Of a DNA stretch of 64,000 nt, positions 13,101 to 25,100 are shown in pieces. The notes beneath the pieces were generated by a model that was not told the origin of the DNA, did no database searches, and saw nothing but the letters and a program-made list of their open reading frames with translations. Position 1 is the stretch's first letter. Each line of letters opens with the position of its first letter. Location of the stretch: NCBI RefSeq assembly GCF_964355755.1, contig NC_092673.1, forward strand, positions 18,163,648 to 18,227,647. Reading direction: 5' to 3'. A program made the translations under genes and the position numbers. This stretch comes from Antedon mediterranea (Eukaryota > Animalia > Echinodermata).

Positions 13101-16100
13101 ACATGCTGCTATATTAGCTGTGATATCTTCATTCCTCTATACCAATAGTAGTACTCTCAGAATCATTATTGATAATCTATACATTGTTATAACATGCTGC
13201 TATTAGCTGTGATATCTTCATTCCTCTTACCAGTAGTAGTACTATCAGAATCATTATTGATAATCTATACATTGTTACAACATGCTGCTATTAGCTGTGA
13301 TATCTTCATTCCTCTTACCAGTAGTAGTACTATCAGAATCATTATTGATAATCTATACATTGTTACAACATGCTGCTATAATAGCTGTGATATCTTCATT
13401 CCTCTTACCAGTAGTAGTACTATCAGAATCATTATTGATAATCTATACATTGTTACAACATGCTGCTATTAGCTGTGATATCTTCATTCCTCTATACCAA
13501 TAGTAGTACTAGCAGAATCATTATTGATAATCTCGACATTGTTACAACATGCTGTTATTAGCTGTGATATCTTCATTCCTCTTACCAGTAGTAGTACTAT
13601 CAGAATCATTATTGATAATCTATACATTGTTACAACATGCTGCTATTAGCTGTGATATCTTCATTCCTCTTCCAGTAGCAGTACTATCAGAATCATTATT
13701 GATAATCTATACATTGTTACAACATGCTTCTATTAGCTGTGATATCTTCAATCCTCTTACCAGTAGTAGTACTAGCAGAACCATTAATAATAGCTGTGAC
13801 ATCTTGTAAAGTGGATAAATAATTTTTATTTTATTTGCAGACGAAAGTTGGCCAAAAGAAAGGAGAGGAAGAAAAACGGATCAAGGTAATTGATAGAAAT
13901 ATGTTGGTAAATAAGTAGAGAGAGAGAGAAAATAAAAACAAATTTAATATTTACAACATCTCAAACTGGTTTTGATTAGAATTGGGGGAAACATCTCTTG
14001 GTATCTTTATTTTATTTTAATCCTTAACCATAAAACATACAAAACAAATAAAAATCCATAGCAGCCAAAAAAGCTGAATTGGGGATTTGTTACAAAGGCC
14101 AAATTTTTACAAATTATAAATTTCACATATTTTTTTTCAAATAAATATTATAAATATTAAACAATTTAAAAATTACACATAAAAGCAAGCAAAAGGCACA
14201 AAGAAGCGTTTTGCTAAAAAAAAAAACATGTAAAGTCATTGTTATTTAAGAATTTAAGAAGCAGACAAGTGAGATATAGAAGAAGCGGTCATTTATTATA
14301 TCTGGATAATGAGACACCAAATTGTCCATATGCATTTTATCATATTTTAACTTTTAATCGCTTTTTAAAGATTTTGTGCAATAATGTGTGTGTTCTATAT
14401 TTAAATTTTTTGTTTATATTTTATATATATATCGGTTTTTTATCGTACTAATATTTGCCAATCTTTAAGAAGAATTTCTATTGTTATTTTATTATGATAA
14501 TGGACAAATAAAGCTTTTCAATATTTCATTAATTTTTCATTTGCAGGAAATACAATGGCAGATTCTGAAACTTTGAACAGTTTCCGAGACCTAAAAGGTG
14601 GTCTCAGTGGGTACTTTGATGGTGAAAGATACCATTGGCTGAGGTTCCTACTATTTGATCAATTGGATGTCGGGGACCTTACAAATAAAGATTTCAATGG
14701 ACATGACTTACTCAATACACTTGAAGACAAAGGTTTCATCTCACCAACCAATGTTAACTTGCTGTTAGAGATTACAAATACATCTGAAATCCAACAGGCC
14801 AAAGATCTTGTATCAAAGTATATGAGAGACAACAACATTCAGAATAGACATACTGGTAAAGCTAAGTTGTCACCTTACAGAAAGCGACTGTTCAAGGCCC
14901 TGAATCAAGTTGACCCAGATGCATTACATAATGTTACTGCTTACTATGACTTGACAAAATATAACTTCTCCAATGTATGGGATGCAGTTCTCTATCTGGA
15001 GAATGATAAACAATTAGTAGATGATTTTGACAAAATACAGAGGTTTGCAGATCTGCTCGGCACAATAGCAAGTAACACACTAATTGGTAAAGTACTATCC
15101 TGAAGTTAATTGTTGATGTTATGTCCAACAAAAAAGTTATGTAATGATAATTTAATTTAAAGCTGAGAATATATTAACTGAATTTTTATAGGCAACAGAT
15201 CCAGGATTTTGTGAAAGGGGGCGCAACTGTAGAGAGTCCTCACCAACTCAGCCCCACGATGGTTGGGGCTGAGTTGAAACGATTTTGAAAATTTGACGCC
15301 TCTAGATGGTCGGAAATGTAAAATGTATTAACAATTGATATTTTTAAATATGAAAACTGAGGTAGTTTAGCCTATTAAAAAGTGACATTTACCCCCATAT
15401 GCCCCATTTTGAGTAAAAGCGTCACAACAGGGCGCTTCGCGCAAGTCAGCGTTTGTACATGGCGGAAAAGAGTGCTTGTCCATTCATGATAAATGGCACC
15501 TATAATTTGCAGGAAAAGGCACTCTCTCATATGTAGCATGCTACCAATGAGCAAAACGCTCATACTTTTTTCCTCCGGTAAACACACGTGGCTAAATCAT
15601 TCACTCAGTATTTTGTTTTGATTGTGTTGCATTCAAGTTCAATGCAAACGTACATATAGGGGAAGACCCGAAAAAAGCGCAAAATTCAATGCTTATTATA
15701 GCTCAATACTTATTTACATCAATTTGTTGAAGAAATTAAAAATATAAATATAAATAGGTATTGGTACAATTGAGTACGACGTATCGGCGGGTGGCCTAGA
15801 AAAAAAATTGGTTGCTATAATGTAAACTACAGTACATGTTACCACGGTTATTTTGTGTACTATATTAATATTAACATATCCTCTACAATGATGATACACT
15901 ATACTTCATAGCCACACGTACTGTATGTAACTTTATGCTTGCTGACTGCCAGCAATTTAAACAATAAGTAGGCCTACGCGGTTGTCTGGTGGTGTCCTTT
16001 GTACGAATCGTTCGTGCCCCACCTCGCTGTATGAGTATGATACACGCGTCAATATCATGTTACATCCAGGGACCAAAATGCGTTTATTTTTCAGGTAAAA

Positions 16101-19100
16101 ATAGGCAATTCATTAGCAACTTCTGATCTGAAGTTAATCTGGCATTAATTGATCATGCATACTTGATTTTTTATTATCTGATTGTTTTAAAAAAAGTAAT
16201 CAACAATTTTGTTTATGTCTACGGAAATATGACCTGTCATTTAGTATCTTATCATAACCCAAAAATATTGATTATTATAAGAATAATATATAATGGTGTT
16301 AGTAGTTTACATTTATATTACTGTAGTTTGTTTCTAAAGCCGATTATGGATTTAGTTGTGTTTCATGAATTTATATTCAGAATCATTATCTTAATACTCA
16401 CTCGTACATGCCTTCTCCGTCATTGCCTTCAGTGAAACCTGATTAACCGAAAAAGATAGTATTAATCTATACCAGTTACCAGGCTACAGTTTGATTCACA
16501 ATGATAGGAAAGATAAGAGAGGTGGTGGGGTAGCGTTCTATGTTACCAACAAACTAACATATATTATTAGAAATGATCTGTCATCTTGTATGACTGAAGC
16601 AGAGACTATTTTTATTGAGATTGAGTTAGAATCAGGAAATAATGTTATTTGTGGTATAGTTTATAGACCACCCTCACGTTCCTTGCAAAAGTTTGATGAT
16701 GAATTAACATGTGTAATGCAAATGATTAATCTAGAAAAAAAGAAAGCTTACCTTGTGGGAGACTATAACATAAACTTACTCCAACAATCTACCGACAACA
16801 CTATCCAATCACACTTAGACACAATATTTTCTCAGTCATTTCAGCCAATCATAAAAAGTCCTACTAGAATTTCCGATAATTGTGCTTCAATAATTGATAA
16901 CATTTATTGCAACATCGATTCTTTTACTACGTCCCTTAAAAGTGGAATACTTATTACTGATATTTCTGATCACTTCCCAATATTCTGTGTAGATACTTTG
17001 GAAAAACATAATAAGCAATATCCTCGATTTGTATATAAACGACAATACTCTCCTCAACAAACGGAGTATTTTTTGCAAGAATTACAAAGCAATCAGTGGA
17101 ATGATGTGCTATCCTAAAAAAATGCGAATGTTGCTTATCAAAATTTTACAAACACTTTAAATAAAACAATTGATAATTGTTTCCCTTTAAAACGAATTAG
17201 AAATAAGGCGAACAAGTTAAAATCTCCTTGGATCACAGCTGAAATTGCCAGAGCTATCTCTCAAAAACATAAATTATATAAAAAGTACAATCAAAATAAC
17301 ACCACTACTAATAAAAGTACGTACATATATTTTAGAAACAAGTTAACCACTACTATTAGAAATCGGAAAAAAGAATATTATATGGTCCAGTTTGAACAAA
17401 ATAAACAAGATATTAAAAAAACGTGGACAATCCTAAATTATATAATGGGTAGGAAAAAGACTACCAATTTGCCTGCAAAAATAAAACTGGGTACTGAGAC
17501 TTTCTCTGATAATGATGAGAAAGCTGATGCATTCAACTCTTTTTTTATTAATATTGGAGAAAAACTAAATAATAAATTTAGGCATGAATGTCAAAATGAT
17601 CAAATCACCCACAGAACTTTCTTAAAGGGAAATTTTACCTCTTTAATGTTTTTTAAGCCTGTTACTGAACATGAACTTAACCACTATATTAAAAACACAA
17701 AGAATACTTCTCCTGGCCATGATGGTATAAGTGCCCAACTCATAAAATCTGCTTCCCCGTTTATTTTAAAACCTTTATTGCATATTATTAATATGTCATT
17801 ATCATCGGGCTGTGTCCCGGCTGATATAAAAATTGCTAAAGTTATCCCGGTATTTAAGAATGGTGACATCTCCGATATAAATAATTATTGGCCTATTTCC
17901 ATTTTACCATTTTTTTCCAAAATATTTGAGAGGATTGTGTATGATAAAACGATTTGTTACCTCTCAAAATATAACGTACTGAGTAAAACACAGTATGGAT
18001 TTAGACAACACCATTCAACTAGTCATGCTTTAATACAATTGATTGAAAAAATCACAAACGCTATTGAGAATAAAGAGTTCACACTAGGAGTTTTCCTTGA
18101 TTTATCAAAAGCGTTTGATACAATCGATCATGATATATTATTAGATAAGTTAAGATTTTATGGTATAAGAGGAGTTCCACTAAACTTGTTCTCAAACTAT
18201 CTTAAAAAAAGACTACAATACACATGTATTGTTAATACTGCATCTAGTAAAATGACAGTAAACACTGGAGTTCCTCAGGGATCCATATTGGGTCCATTAT
18301 TATTTCTTATATTCATTAATGATATTAGTCTACCATGTAACCATGTAGACATGATTATGTATGCAGACGACACAAATGTGTTTTATAGTCACAATGATAT
18401 TACTCAAGCTTTTGATACAATGAACCAGGAGTTATCTATACTTTCGGACTGGTTTATTGCTAACAAATTAACGCTAAATGTAAGCAAATCAAAATATGTT
18501 ATATTTAAGGCTAGAAATAAGTCAGCTGACACTACCTCACTAGAATTGAGGATGGGAAATGAATGTATAGTAAAAGCTACTGAAGTTAAATTTCTAGGTT
18601 TATTTCTGGATGAAACTTTATCGTTTAATTTTCATGTAAATGAGGTAGCAAACAGTGTTTCTAGAATAATTGGTGTCTTAAACAAAGTGAAGTCTATGTT
18701 ATCAAGTAAAATCTTGTTAACGGTATACAATGCCCTTATATTACCTAGAATAACGTATGCTATCACAGTATGGGGTGCTACTTCTGCTACAAACTTAAAC
18801 CGTATACATATTCTCCAGAAAAAAGCACTTAGAAATATTTGTCATGTTCATTTTATGCATCCTTCTCATCCACTTTTTATTTCGACCCAAACATTAAATA
18901 TTTTTGACCTTTATAAGTTGATTGCGCAATTTCAAATTGCGCAAAAAAATCCTTGCGCAATTTTAAATTGCGCAAGAATTCTTTGCGCAATTTCAAATTG
19001 CGCAAGGATTTTTTTGCGCAATTTCAAATTGCGCAAATCGTTCAAATCGCGCATAACATTTGTATTGTATTTAAAACAAGCCTGCCTAGACACCTTACCT

Positions 19101-22100
19101 TGCGAAGAATAATATACAGATAATTACTAATTAATGATTCCTTGGCAATAAAATATTCACTTAGGCCTAGGCCTAGGTCGTTTAAATTAACAGAAGAATT
19201 TCCATCAATAAGCCTATTAATAATAATATTATAATCAGGTAGGCCGAATAAACAATTCGTCTTCTCTCGATCTTCGAGGAGCCGAATCACCGGATGTTCA
19301 GCGCGTACTAGTTACTAGGTTACTACCATGAATTTGACCAATCACAAACGGTGTTTCATCACATTTAGGGTGGACTTATAACAAATGAGGGCGCTATGTA
19401 TGCATAGCTTAAATAGTTTAGAAGATTAATTTCTTCAAGCAAATTCCGTGGCCCAGCGGATGAAACGTTGTCTTGCGATGGAGTGACAATTCCACCCGAG
19501 TTCAAGATCGAGTAGATGACTTTTGTTTATTTATCGGCAAACTCGAGTGTTGCACACGAAAATTACACAGTCAATATCATCGTACTCGAGAATTTATATG
19601 ATTAATGACAGGGGACACGATTATTACGCGAAAATTACACAGTCAATATCATCGTTCTCGAGGATATATACGATTTACGATCCTCGCAGCGGTAGTCATG
19701 TGATGCAGTTTCAACCAATCACGTTCGCGTATTTACATAGGCTATGTAATATATATTATTATTTACACCTATTCTTCTTAATTTTAATAATAGAAAATTA
19801 TGATTTGTACTGTCAAGTGCACGTTTTAGATCAACGAAGCAACAAATATTCTACCCCTATATTTTTTAATTATGCTGTTAAGAATTAAAATATTATCTAA
19901 TGTGCGGAATCCCTTGCGAAAACCTGATTGTTCTTGTTAAATAATGTTATTGTTTTCAGTATGGTTAGTTATTCAAGTGTTAAGGATGTTTACAAATATT
20001 TTGCCAAGAATTGGAATTAGAGAAATGACCCTATATTAAATACTAGGCTAGACTTACCAAATATTTATTTTGTTTTCAAATTTAGCGCCAGCTGAACCGC
20101 TGCTTCAATAGGCTAAAATAGTCCTTGGCTGTACTGCTAATAACTAATTGTACTGTATATTCATTACATTGGTGGTGGGCGGGGGGCGGTGTTCTTCTAA
20201 ACACCAAGCCCTTCAAAGTATAACTAAGCTCGACCAAGTGTATAAAGTGTATATTTTACAAAATATTTGTATTATACAAACATTTAGAGTGTCAATTGCA
20301 TTTTAAGCAATAAATACATTTAGAGTAATTATGACACATTGTACATTCTAGGCTGATGTTTAAATTTTTTATTTTTTTACAATTAATATTTACAAAAGTG
20401 TAGCGTACACACATAATGGGGAACTAACGACTGGGGACAGTGGGCACGTTTTCTGAGCGTGCTTTAGTAGGACCACAAAAGCACCCTTATTGTAAGCAAA
20501 ATTGTTTGACATCAGCCTAAACCATGGTGGGGCTCGAGTTATCTTTATTGTGTTTTGACAAACAGGTATAAAAACAAAATTGGTTACTGGTCATAAAACA
20601 GAATATAAATAAAAACATTCAAAAAGTTCAAAGCATATTGAAAACTTACGATAGATGTTTTTAATCGCATTTCCTACTGCCTAATTCTGAATCATACCAG
20701 TTATTCATTTCAGGATTACTTTATTTTCACTTTACCCATTGAAACCATGCTAATCAACTGTATGTTGCTAGAATTTCAACGATTTAGATTCAGGGTCGCT
20801 GTCAAAAAATGTTGCATAACGTCTATATGTTTGGATGAGTTTGAGTTCCACAATTTTTTTTAGGACATAATTTAAATTAATAACTGTAGTTGTTAACTGT
20901 ATACATTGTAGTTAAAAATATACATTATTATTTATTATAGTATATTCAGAATGAATGATTGCTTGTACACAGTCACCCACAAGTGTTTGTAAGGCTTTGT
21001 ATCACACAGAGCCTTTATATATAACCTTATACCATTGAAAAAAAAAGACTTTTAATATAGTGTTTTTTATGAAAATATATAATATGTAATATTTTTGTTT
21101 TGTGCATTTTTTTAGATTTACCAAGTACTACTGTTGAGCAATTTCAAACACAATTTCAGAAACAGACAAGTGACAAACAGAAAACAAAACTTCTTAAGCC
21201 AGAGAGTGGTAAGTTTAAGAATAAGACCTGCTGTATGTTTTATGATTGTATCTATATATAATTTAACAGAATTGTGATTAAAATGGGATTTCAGTAAAGA
21301 GAGAATTAGACGCTAATGTTATTTAAAAAATCATTTCTGAGCGGTACTGTAAAAAGTCGAAAAAGTGTGCAACTGATAACAAATAACAAATGGAGAGATT
21401 TTATTTATCATAAATAAAACAAACAGTTGATTGTTTCCATTTAAAATACTGTAATAATGGAATGAAGCTAGTTTGCAGATTTATGTGGCATGCTTGCTTG
21501 ATTTTTGCTTGATTGTTGATTTTTAGGTTATATGCATTATCATGCGATCACGCGATGTACGCGCGATTTAACGAAATCACGTTTGTAATCATATCTTCAC
21601 AAGCATGAATCACTTTTAAACAAAATTTTAAAAATAATATAGATCGTCAGAATGCTCGGGAACACGTATTTTTTATTTCATTTTCTTGAAGTGTACAGTA
21701 TGTATAATATGTATGATTTGTTATGAAATTAAGAGAACAAAAGTTGATAAAGTCATCATTAATTGCATTTTAAATTTAAAAAAATTTATTTCGACAATCA
21801 AAAAATTATGACATTTTCTTAGGCCGAAATAACAAACTTTCTTCTTTCAAAATAAAAGTTCATATATTAAAGTTAAAACTATATAGTTTGACAGTGCATC
21901 GTTTTTTAACATTTTTAAAGATGTCATCATAGTAAAACATTATAATTCATTGCGGTATGTAATAATCTATCTGCGCCAAAGTGGTTACTGCATAGTAAAT
22001 ACATGAAGGAATCTTTCTACAACTTTTAGTCAGTTGTGTATGGCTCGGTGGTCTGTGCTCGTGTCTATGGCATTTAAGGTACCGAGATCGAGTCTCACAT

Positions 22101-25100
22101 TGGGAAAGGAAATAAGATTTTTTTTTATTATCCATATTGTTTGTTCAATTTTATTTTTTAGTGTATAGATTATACACATAATTTATAATGAAATCTAGAT
22201 AAAAAGTAAGTAATGTCTTTATTATTATGTAAAAATGTGGTTTATGACATTATACGCAGAGGGATCTTTGATCGGATTGTGATACCGGCTATTGTATTCG
22301 CGTTAGCAAGATCCTATATTATAAATAATTAAAGATTCTGAGAAAAAATCAATCAATCAATATATCTTTTAAAAATCAATTATCTTTATTTAAATCAATG
22401 CATATAACCTATAATTCGTCATAGTGACAAATTAAATTCTATTTTTTTTTTTACTTTATTTACTCCAGATGTTTAAAAAATCTTGTAAAAAATTGATTCA
22501 ATTTTCAGATATTGCTGCACGTGAATTAGATTTTCAGAAAGCATACAATGAAGCCTTGAAAGATGGATCCGTCCCAGTCAATCTTGGAATGCTTAAGGTT
22601 ATTGGACAGGAAGGAGTTGGTAAAACATGCCTCATAAATGCGTGTCTTGGAAAAGAGTAAGTAGTACAGTAGTAGTAGGACAGTGAAATGAACATTACAA
22701 AATATTTGTGAGTCAACTAAGAATTACAAACCAGCCAACTTTTATTGATTTGTTTTTGATAAACTACCACTTTTTAAATATTGCAGTGATAGATAACAAT
22801 AGTTGAATAAAAACGTCTATAAATATGTAAATTGGTTTCTACAATAATCATAACACCATCAAATTTTCTATTGATTATAGAATTTACTTTTAGGCTTGTA
22901 TTTAAAAAAAAGATCATACGAATGGTCGGATAACTTTACTTCCTAAATGTATAATTAATGAATATATTAAAATGGTTTTGAAGTAAAAGGAGAAAAGTGC
23001 ATGTTTTACAGTACCTGTACTTAAAGACCCCTTCCCTGCAATTTTGGACGTTTTTTGGAAAATAATACATATATATCACTTTAAAAACATTAAACCATGT
23101 CATTTCTTGTCTTAAATGTACGTTTTATGGTAAATTATGATCAAAAGTGAGAAACAATGCACTACCTAAGTAGCTCGCGGCGATCGACCTCTCGTGGACG
23201 GTCTTAGGCCTAGCCTAGCTAGGCTTAGTTTTGTAGGCCTAGCTGGTAAACATCGGTAACGTACGAACATCGTACGCGAGCTATATACCTAGCCTGACGT
23301 TGTATAGTTGCTGCATTAATTGTCTTTCTATTTTTGCCAGACTCCGTTGATACAAATTGGGGAAAACCCGGTATTTTCGCTGAAAAGTTAGGAGTCTTCC
23401 ATTTGTTTTGGCCTCACGATCGATCGAAAAGTGGGCGAATTACAGGTGAAAAACAAAAATATCAATCCGCGCGCAATGCATTTTGGGATTTATAGCGGGC
23501 CGCTATAATTATTAGAATCGACTTATTTTTCACATTTTTAACCGTTTAAAGACGAAAAAAGTTATCGCAATAGGACCATATAGTATTATTTTTACATTAA
23601 ATATAGTTTGTGATCTTAAATTAGATCTAAAAAACGTAGGGAATGGGGCTTTAAAATGACTGAAGTTCATTGTTGGTTTCAAATATTTTTGCCAGATTTG
23701 AGGAAAAGCATGTAGTTACAGATGGCATAGCGGTGATAAGAACAGCAAGCACAACATGGACAGAGGCTAAAGCTGATAGTGGTATTTCATGAATACAAAT
23801 TAGCATATTACTCTTCCCATCATCATACGTTATGTAACCATATTTATCAATAATTATTATCATAGACACAAACAAGTCCACAATGAAATGGAGACATAGA
23901 ATGGAATTCAATAAATGTATACAACCGTAGTATGGATTCAACAGTCATATTTTCACATACATTACAATTGTTACTCTATGATCCCTTTATAACGCACACA
24001 TTCTTTGATGATGTACTGTAATTGTAATTTTACTTCGACAGTAGTAAAATATCCAAAGTATAGTCACATATGAACGTATGTGCTGAAATAATATGTACAC
24101 ACTTTCTCTTTCTCTACAGGTAATCCTTCAAAACAGTATGCAAAAATCGTCACTGACAAATTGAGAGAAAAGAAAAATGTAAACGTATGTCAATAATAGT
24201 GTAATGAATAAAGTAGCACCTACAGGACTATTGCAAACCAGTCACTTAGGCTTTCTTTCTAAATGAATCAATGAGGCATTATGAGCAGCTATTTCATTTT
24301 TTTTGCTTCAATCCTTTTAAAATTTACTAAAAAAATTTATTTGGTTTTGCTTTTGAGAGTAAATAATATTAGTTTTCTCTTATATTAAATTTTAAACAAT
24401 ACTGTATTTAACTTTGAATAACATTTATTTCTTTTTTATATCCATTTATTGTTTTTGTTTTATGTGTCAGATTGACATGAGACCACCTATAGATGATAAT
24501 GATGACAACAATGATGATTACAAAACTGATGACAACAATGATGACAACAATGATGGTATGTAACTTTCCCTTAAATTTTAATTATAATTACACAAGACAA
24601 AAACATTTTAATTATTCTTACATTTTTGTAGTAAAAGCATTAATAAATAAGTTGCAATCATCAGTTTGCAATTTCTGTCATATTAAACATCTATTGTCCC
24701 CAAAAAACATGAAAAATAAAGATTATTAAAATCAGACTTTGAATAGATTATTTTTTAGTTCATCACTTCTGTAGAAATAAAAGGAAGCAATTAAAGTTTT
24801 CACTTATAAAATAACAAAATAAATGGTTAAATTCAACCAAATACCCATTGGATGGCAGTTAATTTGACTTTTTTTTTCAATCCAATTTTTTTATAGTGGA
24901 TAACTATTAGGTGACATTAAAATGGCATATTAAAAAAAAAATTTAAGACTTATTTTTTCAGGGGTTCATAGTTATTTAAAATAATAAGATTATTAGTTAG
25001 ATTTTCCAATGTAATGTAACTAAAGAAGTATAAAATTATGTTATCATATTTATAACTTAGAGGCAACCTATCTGTGTAACAATTATGGTGACGGTAATTT

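Larger units (their letters stand above)
12160..15088 (+). repeat. Segmental duplication, copy B
   Basis: Direct repeat of 5543-8757 with different minisatellite copy numbers. Confidence 0.92.

Noticed and set aside
6589-13809. Family of hydrophobic MLLLAVISS... ORFs resembling secreted peptides
   Set aside because: These are frame-cycling translations of the 88-bp intronic minisatellite.
18921-19112. Cys-rich C-terminal extension of the LINE RT (CAILNCAR repeats)
   Set aside because: This is read-through into the TTGCGCAA array, not LINE sequence.
22469-22508. ATG at 22469 as the start of a standalone GTPase
   Set aside because: The phase-compatible acceptor is ttttcag at 22508, so MFKKSCKKLIQFS is probably intronic.
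24493-24729. Met/Thr-rich ORF
   Set aside because: It is the wrong frame of the D/N-rich exon 24471-24555.
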